In this document: positions 51,947 through 64,000 of the stretch, piece after piece
Numbering within the stretch: the stretch's first letter is position 1
Layout of the letters: each line of letters opens with the position of its first letter
Source of the DNA: Octopus vulgaris
Taxonomy: Eukaryota
Assembly: GCA_951406725.2 (NCBI GenBank)
Contig: OX597837.1
Coordinates: 22,692,001-22,756,000, forward strand
Length of the DNA: 64,000 nucleotides
Reading direction: 5' to 3'
Program-made: the position numbers and the translations under genes
The notes under the pieces: generated by a model
Told to the model about the DNA's origin: nothing
The model's input: only the letters and a program-made list of their open reading frames with translations
Database searches by the model: none

Positions 51947-52729
51947 CTGGAAGATTGACGAAGTCATTAATACAATTGTTTCAAAAACCAACATCACGTT
52001 TAACAAAAACTTTCAATGTAAACAGATATTTCTAGAAACACTGAAAATAATCATTTAAAAAAAAAACTAAATTTTACTTGATGCAAAATCATGTTAAAAG
52101 AACAGAACCAAAACCACAAACACAGAAACTGCTGCCAAATTTTTTGTGACTGTAATGAGATTGGATATAAAAATAGACGAATTTAAAAAGCTTTTGTAAT
52201 GCACTTCACTTTTCATGGGATGTAGCAACGTCGGGAGAAATTAGTTAATTTAGAAATTATAGGATATTTGTATTAACAAGAACTAGAACTTATTGCTATT
52301 TTCTTAGTGTTTTCCTCATAAATTTAGAGTTTTGAAGTTGAAAATTATTATAAAAAAAATAAATACAATGCATTGCTATTTTGTTGGCAGAGGAATTACT
52401 GTAGTCTTTAGGTTCCAGAATCATGGAAGGATAGAGGTAAGAGTAAGAATGTAGTTGTTTGTAAAACCATGCACCGTTGAAATTCTTCAGACTTCCTTCA
52501 CATAACATTATGACGTCTGAGCAAAGGTAAGAAAGTCCATATTTTATTTTGCTTATTTATTAGTTTAGGATGGAAGAACAGTACTATAGCTTTTCTCCAT
52601 CTCTCCAAGTCTAGAGAATAGTGGATGGGGTTAATAAGAGAAACATGAGGGTAGGATATGGTTTCTCATGGGGAAAGGTATTCACACAGGGTTGCATAGA
52701 AGGCTTAGTATGGGTTAATAACATTAAGA

Positions 52730-53088
52730 GAACCATCCGAACGTGGCCGTTGCCAGCGCCGCCCCGACTGGCCTCCGTGCCGGTGGCACATAAAATGCAC
52801 CATCCGATTGTGGCCGTTGCCAGCCTCGTCTGGCCCCGTGCCGGTGGCACGTAAAAAGCACCATCTGATTGTGGCCTTTTGCCAGCCTTGTCTGGCACCT
52901 GTGCAGGTGGCACGTAAAAAGCACCCACTACACTCACAGAGTGGTTGGTGTTAGGAAGGGCATCCAGCTGTAGAAACACTGCCAGATCAGACAGAGCCTG
53001 GCACAGCCTTCGGGCCTCCCAGACCCCAATTGAACCGTCCAACCCATGCTAGCATGGAAAACGGACGTTAAACGATGATGATGATGAT
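52730..53088 (+). mobile_element. Retroposon 3' end with internal ~55-bp tandem repeats and a (GAT)n tail; shorter copy at 366-551
   Basis: Three units of GTGGCCGTTGCCAGC...GGTGGCACGTAAAAAGCACC, then the same tail as 366-551. Confidence 0.75.
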
Positions 53089-55708
53089 TGTACTCAAGCA
53101 CTAATCTGATGTGGAGTCAGATGCAGTGGTGAATCAAGGACTAAAATATTCTAGCCAACTCAATGTAGTGGACAGTAGCTGACAACACAAAAGCAATGAA
53201 CAGTCAGAGGATGATAGACAGAAAGTCAGTAGCACAGCAAGCAGCTAACCACACTTTAACTGCTGTTACAACTACCCCAAAAGCAATAACATCTAAAATG
53301 CTCTCTACAGTATTTACTTTTTGTTTATGAGAAGAACAAAATACTGTTTAACAAAAATCAAAACAGATTTCATCATCCTCTTCAACCCTAACAAATTGCA
53401 TTTCAATAGAGAAATGAGATTGTATAGGGAAGTGTAAAGAAATAGAATTTCATTTATTACTGAATTACATCTTAGCTATTTAAATTTTGATCCTACTTTT
53501 CAAAAGTTGATTAAGTAAGATTCTGTATACTTCTGACAAAATTTGAAGTTAAATTCGTATGAAACTGTGATTATCTGAAATCACAATATATACTAAAATA
53601 CTCAAATTATAATAGCAATTAACTTCAACAAATAAAATTAATTAAAGAAATAGACCTTTAACTTTAAAAGGTTACATTTTCTTTCCTTTCCTTTTTTGTT
53701 AACAGATTTATATTTATTTCTCCAGATTAGCATGAAAATTTTGAAATTTGTTTGGACAGGGAGTGGCATTTGTCAGCTAAGCAGACTGAGGCCTACATCT
53801 CAATAAATGCTTATATATTGCTATATTATGATTATATATTGCTAGTACTGACGGTTGGATAGTTGTGATAAAGTTGTCATGGATGAGACATAAAAGTAGT
53901 TTGCCATCATCATCATTTAACGTCCATTTTTCCATGCTGGCATGGGTTAGATGATTTGACAAGAGATGGTAAGCTGAAGAGCTGCACCAGTTAATTATCT
54001 AATTAGAGAAGATTAGCCATTTTCTTGACTCAGATTTCCAAGTGACAAATAGATAACAGTGTCACTTCAAGGAATGCATCGAATGCTAAAAGCAGCATTA
54101 TATTATTTGTAAGCATTACTATGAAAACACAGTTTCATCTTGGATAACATCAATATATTAACAATTATTATTTTTTAACAAAAAAATTAAAAATATCAAG
54201 TGTTAATGTAAGGTGGGCAGATGGCTGAATGGGCATTGTTAGTAAAAATACAATACTTTCCATTGCTGGTATTAATATATTTCTTTAGATTATAACATAT
54301 TATTGTTATCAACAAAATTGCTTTTAAGTATAGTAAGTTTTATTTTTTTTTTCAGACAGTTGTCTTATGAAGACTTCCAAAATTTTATATATTACTTTTT
54401 ATTTTTTTAAGAAAATGCTTTCATGTTACAAAAACTTTTTTGTTGCTAAAAATATGGTACAGAATCCAGAAAAAAAAAAGAAAAAAGAAAAAAAGAGGTT
54501 TAAACAAAATATCCAACAATAAGAAAGTAATTCTGTTTCAACTGGATTGTTAGATATTTCTTTATAGGCTAGTAGCAACACCAACTCAGAAATACAAATA
54601 GCAATCACTATGAAAGTGTTGCAAAATGATAACGTAACTTCTTGATAAATATATTAGTAATGTAAAATTTTAAAAAAATAAAGCCAAGACAAAATCAAAA
54701 GAAAATATTCCATGCACTCAGATATTGCATATTTTTTGGTAGTAAACAGATTTAATACTTATGGAGTGAAGATAAAAGTTTAAGAAAAAAAAAAAAGAAG
54801 TTAAATTTAAAATTATCATTTCACATAACCATTACAAGACATTCAGGTGAAGAATAAAGTTTTAAAAGGAATCAATATATTATTAAGCAACAGGAATGTA
54901 AGAAAAAACAAGTCATTTTCAAGAAAACATGAAAAAAAAAATCAATATCAGTTTGTGTTGGGTGGTTGAAGTAGAATTATAAGATATTCTTTAAAATCTC
55001 ACTAAATCTGATGCAAGTTGATGTTGTGTGAAAGGAATAAATAAAATGAAAAAAAAAATAATTAAAACAAATTATTTTCACTTCAAGTTAGTTTAAAATG
55101 TTGGAAATATATAATTGTATTTTTTAATAAAAACTACAATAAGAAATAACCAGTCAGAAATGCTTCCATGTTAGAAGAGGCAGTAAAATGTCACCCCCAC
55201 CTCCCCTAAAAAACCAAAAAAAAATCAAGATGAACGAAAGAGCTGGGAAAATTAAAACAAAAAAAAAAGAACAGATAAAGATCCAGTCACCATCTGCCCA
55301 CAAAATTGACCATGATTTTGATGCAGATGGATAATTTAGGGATATAATGAATATTTGAATCTCCAGCTTAAATACATAGCAGATGTCTCCTCTAAAACAG
55401 TGGTTCTTAACCTGAGTAGTAATGTTCCCTTGTTTGAAATGAGAGCTCACAAAGGGGCAGTTAATGTAATGGGGAGGTGGTGGTACCAAGAGGAGGGGTT
55501 GAGTATTTAGAGCAGAGATTCTCAACCATTTATATTCCTATAGACCCCTTTGATTCCTATTTTATTCTACTGGACCCTAATTAACATTCAATATTTAAAA
55601 AAAAAATCCTATTATATTTGTAAAATTAAATATCATAAGGAATTGTAAATTTTCATCTTTCTACTTGTTTCTCTGAAGAATTTTTAGTCAAATGAATTGA
55701 CCTCATTG

Positions 55709-56220
55709 CCGTAAATCCTCGAGTATAATCCGCATTTTCCCCCAAAAATTTAAAGGTCGAAATTCCTAGTGCGTACTATATACAAAGTTAAAAATGAAAA
55801 TTATTTTCTAAGCAATGTCCAAGTCTCTATTTGCTGTCTGGCTATGTTTATTCAGACGCATTTTGTGATGTTGGGCGAGAAAATACCTTAAGCTAAGCCT
55901 GAAAGCAATGAAGTCATAAAAGGATCATCCATAATTTGCAGTAAGCAACATTTATTAAACGTTATTACTGTTATTTCTTTATTTTCTGCAAATAAAATGC
56001 ACAAAAAAGCTACACATTTGCATTATGTTATATATACAATAATAATAAAGGACGTTACCGTATAAATTTTTACAAACCAAGGACGTTATAAAGAGCTCCT
56101 TGACTCAAGTTAGAGAAGGGATGCGTATTATACACAAGGTTTAGGTTTTTCAGAGGTACAGCCCCCTAAAAATCCCCTGTGTATTATACTCAAGGGCGGA
56201 CTATACTTGAAGATTTATGG
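55709..56220. mobile_element. pogo/Tc2-like non-autonomous DNA element, nested in a SINE inside a hAT MITE (about 55513-56560)
   Basis: TIRs CCGTAAATCCTCGAGTATAATCCGC / GCGGACTATACTTGAAGATTTATGG followed by TA; SINE halves on both sides. Confidence 0.72.
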
Positions 56221-56739
56221 TACTTATTCTATCAGTTTCTCACTAAGTTATGGGAATGTAACAAAACTAGTTGTTAAGTGGTAGTGGGAGATAGAGACAG
56301 AAACACACACACATATATATTATATATATGATGGGCTTGTTTCAGTTTCCATCTATCAAATCCACTCCCAAGGCTCTGGTCAGCCCAAGGCTACAGTAGA
56401 AGACACTTGCCTAAGGGACAGAATATGGAACCATGTGGTTGAGAAGCAAGCTTCTTACCACACAGCCATGCCTGCACCTATAAACAATATTGTTAAAATA
56501 TTTTGTGTATTGTAGAAGTAAACAATAACATCTTATATGAACTTCAGTTGAAAACCAGTGATTGAGAGGGATCATTGTTTTTGCTCTCACAAGTAAAATA
56601 TTTACAATTTAAAAAAAATCTTAAAACCCATTTTTCAAAGAAAAGATCTTTGTTAGTAAAAGAAGGAGATGGACATTTGTGTGATCAGCCAAGGTTCAGA
56701 CTGTCTTTAGTAATTAACTGCCATAAAGATTTAACATGT

Positions 56740-57040
56740 GGAGGTGCAATGGTCCAGTGGTTAGGGCAGCGGTCTCGCGGTCGGAGGATTGTGGTTTTGA
56801 TTCTCAGACCGGGTGTTGTGTGTGTTTATTGAGTGAAAACACCTAAAAGCTCCACAAGGCTCTGGTAGGAGGTGGTAGCGACCCCTGTTGTACTCTTTCA
56901 CTCCAACTTTCGCTCACTTTTTCTTCCTGTTTATTGAGTAACGCTGCGATGGACTGGCATCCCGTCCAGCTGGGGAGAACACATACGCCATAGAAATCAG
57001 GAAACTGGGCCCATGAGCCTGGCTAGGCTTGAAAAGGCTG
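56740..57040 (+). mobile_element. tRNA-derived SINE (further family)
   Basis: TGGTCCAGTGGTTAGGGC head, degenerate B box and GATGGACTGGCATCCCGTCCAG 3' domain. Confidence 0.65.
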
Positions 57041-57251
57041 TGGCCATACTGGAGTACCACCAGTGCAATCCCCTTTCCAATGGCCATTCTTATGCAACTG
57101 ACCTTCGGTGAAGGAGGAAGTTCAACACTGCTGCTCTCTTTTGAGTTTCTTGCTGAGATATAAGTTCATCTGGGACCTTGGATAGTGGAAGGTCAAGTTG
57201 TTTCTTGACAACATCTACCCTACTCCATGAAGATCCCTCAAATATTTTTGC

Positions 57252-57287
<36 letters not shown>

Positions 57288-57292
57288 AACTA

Positions 57293-57325
<33 letters not shown>

Positions 57326-57429
57326 GGAACTATGTGCATATATATATATATAAATATATATACATACACACACATATATATACATTTGATCTACACTCTG
57401 ATTTTCAAGTGCTTGGGTTATATGCTTAG

Positions 57430-57625
57430 CTAGAATCTGATGCTATTAAAAGCTTTCTTGCAATCCATGAATACAAGGAACAGTTGAATATTGTATTCCT
57501 TTAACCTGTCTTGAAGCCAGTTTACTACAGGGAAATGATTAATTGTAGAGAAACCTACTTGGAAGTTGGTCTGTTTCAGAGATGGTGGGTTGAAGTCCAC
57601 AGTCCTCAGCATTCTTTTTAAGATG
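57430..57625 (-). mobile_element. RTE-type reverse transcriptase fragment
   Basis: QTNFQVGFSTINHF..LQDRLKEYNIQLFLVFMDCKKAFNSI matches the RT QxGFR..ST.DH..D.KKAFDS motifs. Confidence 0.7.
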
Positions 57626-58272
57626 ACAAGTGGGAAAACTATGTACTTACAACATGTGTGTGTTTGTGTGTATACATATATACATATTAGCTATATCTAT
57701 TGTGCTGCTACTACTACTACTATTACTACAACTACTATCACAGCTGGATTAAACACCATTGGAAACTATTATAAAATAGTTACTAAATTGCTAGATCATT
57801 TTCTACTATGATGGTTCTAATTGCAAATTTCTGGGATGGAATAACATTGAGATTTACATTAGAATGATTTTATAACCATTCCTAATGGTTGAAACTACAG
57901 GGAAAGACATCTACTCCAAGTGATACCGGGATACTTAAATAAGGAAGGGATGTAAAAGATATTATTCGGAGGAGGATTCTGATATGGTGGGGGTTTTATT
58001 TTTCATAAGGTGCACTTCGGTCTTACCATACCATATGATGAGTCTAAATCTAGAGAAGTATGATTGTTTTCATGAGGTTCATTGGATGGTTTTAAAGCAA
58101 TGGCTGGCAACCTGTCGGTTGGACATAACCAGCAGCACTGACGTGGACCAATGGTCTGCCAGCCTCGCATCAGACAGGCCCTTTTTGTAACCTGTCCGTG
58201 TAGAATGATAACATGTAAATTAGAGAGATAAAGATTTAGATCTGCTGCAGCTGGATTTACAGTCAATATTTT

Positions 58273-58710
58273 CATACATATATACATATACATACACACA
58301 AACACACATATATATATATGTATACATATATATATAAACACACATATATACATATATATATATAAACACACACACATATACATATATAAACACACACACA
58401 TATACATATATAAACACACATATACATATATAAACTCACATATACATATATAAACTCACATATACATATATAAACTCACATATACATATATAAACTCACA
58501 TATACATATATAAACTTACATATACATATATAAACTTACATATACATATATAAACTTACATATACATATATAAACTTACATATACATATATATATATATA
58601 TAAATACACATACACACACATATATATATACACATAGATATATATACACACACACATGTATACATACATATACATACAACACACACATATACATATATAT
58701 AAACGCACAT

Positions 58711-58763
<53 letters not shown>

Positions 58764-58790
58764 GATATATATACACACACACATACACAA
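58273..58790. repeat. Compound TA/CA minisatellite with a 20-bp unit (TATACATATATAAACTCACA)
   Basis: Direct inspection. Confidence 0.95.
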
Positions 58791-60182
58791 ACGATGAGTA
58801 AACACTAGAAATAATCAAATAATTAATTTTGCTGAGATTCTCTGAGAGTGAGAGAGAATTTACTGGACTAAATTAAGATGAAAACTATCACATTATTGCA
58901 AAAAAATTTCTATAACATTTCTTCTTGTTTAGTTGTAAATTACAGATAACAGAAAATGTAATTGTATAAAACTGAAAACAGAAATCTATTTTAGCATAAT
59001 AATGTAATTCAGACTTGGGGAAAAAAAATACATTAAAAAAGAAATCAACAATAAAGTGAATTATGTGTGTGCGCGTGCACACGTGCATGGTATATTGGTT
59101 GTGAGGTTAAGCTGATACTTTACAATACAAATATATATTATTTCATGATAACCAAATACAAAATAGATACCAGCATGATATATGCCATTACTGATTGACA
59201 TTATTATTATTATTATCATTATTATTATTATTATTGTCATCATCATCATTATCAGGTCAGTGAACTGGCAGAATCATTAGCATGCCAAGTGAAATGCTTA
59301 GCAGTAACTCATCTGTTGCTACATTTCAGTTTCCATCTACCAAATCCACTCACAAGGCTTTGGTCAGCCCAAGGCTATAGTAGAAGACACTTGTCCAAGG
59401 TGCCACGCAGTGGGACTGAACCCAGAACCATGTGGTTGGTAAGAAAGCTACTTACCACACAGCCACTCCTACGCCTATGGTTGGTGTTAAGAAGAGCATC
59501 AAGCTTTAGAAACGATGCCAAAACAGACAACTGGAGCTTGGGCAGCTCCTATCAAACTGTCCATGGAAAGCAGACATTAAATGATGATGATGATGTAGTC
59601 TGAAAGTAAACTCTAGCTCTTTTGTTTCATCAAATACCTTCTGTGTAAAATTAAGAAGTGATTAAGAATTAGTATTAGACTTTATGCCAGGTGGTATTTT
59701 GTTTTAGTTAAATCCCTTAATGTTCTGATTTTAAACCGCTTTAACTTGTCATCTTTTGGGGTCTGCAAAATGATTATCAGGTGGGGGACCAAATTCATAA
59801 CAGGCTGATGAAAACCTACAACCTGTCACTTCATAGTGAAGTGGTTGGCTTCTTAACTGACCCTCCTATTGATGTGGCCACCTCACAGAATTAAAAAGCA
59901 AAACCTATCAAAGGTGGATGAGCATTTTGAGGCAAAATTGCACCCATATCTTGGGGAAGAAGAGAAACACTACCAGGCTTACTGGATCCAGTGAAACCGG
60001 AATTGAGGTTACACCAATTTTAGCATTTAGATTACCCTGTCAAATGTAATACTTATCTATTCACATTGTTTTGAATTAAATTATGCATTATTTGTGCATG
60101 CATTTTCCTTAGCCTAAATCAGAAATAATGATTTTTTCATTATATCTATAAAAAGAAAATAAACAATTATTATTATTATTCC

Positions 60183-60653
60183 AAGGTGGCAAGCTGGCAG
60201 AATAGATAGCACACTGGGCAAAATGCTCAGCGGAATTTCATCTGTTCTTAAATTCTGAGTTCAAATTCCACCAAGGTCAACTTTGCCTTTCATCCATTCT
60301 GGATTGATAAAATAAGTACCATTTGAGTACTGGGGTTGATGTAATCGACTATCTACCTCCCCCAAATTTCAGGCCTTGAGCCTATTGTAGACAGGATTAC
60401 CATTATTATTATTATTATTATTAATTATTATTATTATAAAGGTGGCAAGCTGGCAGAATTGTTAGCACATTGGATGAAATGTTTAGCGATTTTTCGCAGG
60501 TTGTTACATTCTGAGTTCAAATTCTGCCGAGGTTGACTTTGCCTTTCATCCTTTCAAGGTTTATAAGTTAAGTACCAGTGAAACACTGGGGTTCATGTAA
60601 TCGACTAGTCCCCTCCTCTGCAAATTTCAGGCCTTGTGCCTTTAGTAGAAAGG

Positions 60654-60697
<44 letters not shown>

Positions 60698-61190
60698 GGT
60701 GGCATGCTGGCAGGAATTGTTAGCATGCCAAGTAAATGCTTAATGGCATTTCATCAGCCTTCATGTTTCGGTTTCATATTTAGTTGAGGTTGACTTTGCC
60801 TTTTATCATTTTTGGGAGTCAATAAAATAAGTACCAGTTGAGTACTGGGGTTGATATAATCAACTTACCCTTCCCAGAAATTGCAAGCCTTGAGCCAAAA
60901 TTTGAAATTATAATCATTGTTGTTGTTGTTGTTATTATTATTATTATTATTATAACTAAGGTGGTGAGCTGGCAGAATTATTAGCATACCAAGCAAAAAT
61001 GCTTAGTGATATTTTGTCTGCTTTATGTTCTGAGTTCAAATACTGCTGAGGTCAACTTTGTCTTTCATCCTTTTGTGGTCGATAGATTAAGTACCAGTGA
61101 AACACTGGTGGGGTTGGGAGTCGATGTAATCAACTAATCCTGTCTCACCAAATTTCAGGACTTGTGCCTTCAGTATGAAGAATTATTATT
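60183..61190 (+). mobile_element. Four head-to-tail family I SINEs separated by (TTA)n
   Basis: Heads at about 60183, 60439, 60696 and 60958. Confidence 0.85.
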
Positions 61191-63089
61191 AACAGATATG
61201 CTACTAAACACTGAACCCTTCTATTCACTTGTGCCACATCCTTGGTAGATAATCTACAAGCCTCTCTGTTTATAGGTGGAGGTCATATATGGCACTATAC
61301 AGAGATTTCTTTCTGTTAGGATATTAAAGAAGACATTCCAAGTGAGAAATGTCAATTATCTCAACAAACTTCATAACATTAATACACAAAAAAATGTGGA
61401 ATAAATAAATTGGTAAACAGTGGAAGGTGATTGAGTTTAAGAGTCTGCAATTTATAAATTAGTTCCAATTTGTAATTAGACCTAATTGTTTACATGACCA
61501 TACACACACATATATCCAAGTCAGTCTAGCTAAGAATATCTTCTGTTTTATAAGATAAAAGTTTGTTATTGTGTTTCGAAATAAACAGAGTATAACACAA
61601 CAGATAGTTTATCAATTAAATGGAAAATAAGAGGTAGCATTTTTTTTTTATCGTGTTATTTAGAAAACAATAATTTAATACATTACAAATTTAGGTAATT
61701 CATTGAAAAAGAAAATTTTGTTTATTATCCTCATTATACCCTTAAAAAAAAACACTGAGTTTACAAGTTAAGAAGAAAAAAAACTTTCATTAAATGTCTG
61801 GAAGTCATAGAGTTCAAATTGTTATTCTCAACCCTTTGGTGCCAACCCACTCGAGACTACCTCTGGTTCTATGATGCAAAGCTGAAAACATTCCACGATG
61901 ATTTCTTTTTTTCTTTTAAGAAGCTTTTATTAGTACTAGCTTAATATAGAAATCAATGAAAAAGAACGTTATTTTACTAAATGCCTTGATTGTTTTCAAA
62001 ACTGATAGAAACATAAAAGCAGCGTATTTCATTGGAAATACAGCCATGAAAGGGTTGAGGTTTGTTTAACGAAGAAAGAGAAAAACAATGAAACCAAAGC
62101 CATAGCCAAGCCGACTTACTGTAGGATGATAAAAGTAAAAGGCGACTGGAATTAAGTACAGCTGGAATGTAATAAGTTGGAGATAATTTGATGGGAAATG
62201 TTTTTCTTTAATAGGAAAATTAGATTTTGCTTGTCAGAAGTAAATATAATTATAAACACAAATATATCTTTTGAATGTATGAGAGAATAAAACTGCTAAT
62301 ATAGAATGAAGAATGTTAACACTCGTGTTTGTGCGTGCAAGTACGCATGCACTTGTGAGAGTATGAGTTTGACTGTTAGTTGCAGATGTATGTGTGTGTA
62401 TATATGTGGGTGTTTACTTGTGTATGCAAAGACGTGTGTGTGTGTGTTTGTACAAGTATATGAATGTATGTGTGAGTGTGAAAGAGAGAGAGCTATTTAT
62501 TAGGACTTTGGAAAATAGGTTCCTAAGTCTTTTAATCTCTTTACTCATTCTCTTCCATCAGTGGAATATAAGGTTAATTTGTCTAATTTTCCAAATAATA
62601 TAATCTGTAACACATATACTCTTGTAAGTTACAGTTTAGCATCAACAGAACATTGGTAAACAAACCATTTCTCAAGCAATTCCACTCTTTATTCTTGGTT
62701 TGATTACCATTTGGGGAATCAACAGAACTGTTGAAGAGTTGGAAAGAAATGCTTTGCAGTATTCATTCTAGCTCTTTACACTCTACTTTCAAATCTTCCT
62801 GAGGTCATGTTTGCCTTTCATCATTCTAGGGGTCAAAAAAATAAAATATCAGCCAAGAGCTAAGGTTAATATAATTAACTGTTCTCCCACCCCTGCCGTG
62901 CCAAACTTCTGGCTCTGCACCTATGTTAAAAACAATTATTAAATTCAAATCTGGCTTTAACTGGTCAGACCTGTCTGCCATACAAACAAAGCTAATTATG
63001 AGCTAATGAGGGAGTTGCTATGTGGTTAGTCAACTTACTAGAAATAGATATTATATTGTCATCTTTAAAATGAAAAAGATGCATTAGAT

Positions 63090-63738
63090 CAGTGTTTCTC
63101 TACCATTTTTTGCCTATGGACCCCTTTGATTCCCGTTTTACTCAGGCAGACCCTCATAGCCACACCATTACATTTTTATAATTAAATACTCTTTTACTTG
63201 TTTCAGTCATTTGACTGAAGCCATGCTGGAGCACCGCCTTTAGTCGAGCAAATCGACCCCAGGATTTATTCTTTGGAAGCCTAGTACTTATTCTATTGGT
63301 CTCTTTTGCCAAACCGCTAAGTTATGGGGATGTAAACACACCAGCATCAGTTGTCAAGCGATGTTGGGGGGACAAACACAGACACACACACACACATATA
63401 TATACATATATATAACGGGCTTCTTTCAGTTTCCGTCTACCAAATCTACTCACAAGGCTTTGGTCAGCCTGAGGCTATAGTAGAAGACACTTTCTCAAGG
63501 TGCCACACAGTGGGACTGAACCCGGAACCATGTGGTTGGTAAGCAAGCTACTTACCACACAGCCACTCCTGCACCTCCACACAGCCACTCCTGTGCTTTT
63601 TAGGAATTGTATAAAAAAACATCATTTAAATATTTTGTGTATTGGAGAAGTATAAGCAATTTCTTGCACATAAATTTTTACAACAAAATCTGATATGGAC
63701 ATTCCAAGGGTCATATAGATACTGGTTGAGAACCACTG
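63090..63738. mobile_element. hAT-type MITE with a nested tRNA-derived SINE (about 63190-63600, minus)
   Basis: Ends CAGTGTTTCTC... and ...GAGAACCACTG; same family as the element at 45613. Confidence 0.75.
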
Positions 63739-64000
63739 AATTATATAATGTAGCCCAGAGTAGATGGTATGGTCAAGGCTGGAATACCTTTAACGCTTTA
63801 GCACTCAGATTTCTGTCTAATGTAATGCTTATTTATCACATTGTTTGAATTAATGTGCTATCTTGTAGCTTTGAGATTTTGATGACATGAGTGTTTATTT
63901 TTAGAATAATATCGTAGGATAAGTGTGAAAGGCTGGATCTGACCAATTTGAAGATAATACAGGTAGATTATCTCTCTTTCTTTCACACACACACAGAGAT

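Noticed and set aside
52296-52516. 70-aa ORF with an upstream acceptor as an earlier tomosyn exon
   Set aside because: No tomosyn similarity, and its phase-1 end does not fit the phase-0 acceptor at 51946. No upstream exon was recognised in 51947-64000.
52730-52930. CRISPR-like regularly spaced repeats (also 60183-61190)
   Set aside because: Whole units are tandem repeats or SINE copies without unique spacers; eukaryotic context and no cas genes.

Overview
This is eukaryotic, very AT-rich, intron-dominated DNA. The SINE and LINE types and the dense (TA)n/(TAA)n microsatellites look like an octopus (coleoid cephalopod) genome; that assignment is inference. The whole window lies inside one minus-strand gene, tomosyn (STXBP5/STXBP5L, Lgl family). 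Four conserved exons are recognisable by translation and consistent splice phases: 51801-51946, 50603-50691, 48088-48209 and 1347-1466. The gene runs off both ends of the window. The ~46.6 kb between the exon ending KSPTSDQ and the exon encoding SFSRSRSSS corresponds to the tomosyn hypervariable, alternatively spliced domain. It holds two larger exons (784 nt and 145 nt) that both run phase 0 to phase 1 and so look mutually exclusive. It also holds several candidate microexons (about 10-51 nt) whose phases complement each other. Most of these have splice sites buried in local stem-loops, with G-U wobbles favouring the transcribed minus strand. This putative RNA-structure-gated microexon cassette is the most interesting signal, but it needs RNA-seq confirmation. 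The remainder is decayed transposons (mariner, CR1, R4/Dong, Hero-like, RTE, Penelope, hAT/piggyBac/pogo-like MITEs), tRNA-derived SINEs and microsatellites. There is no CRISPR array, rRNA or true tRNA.
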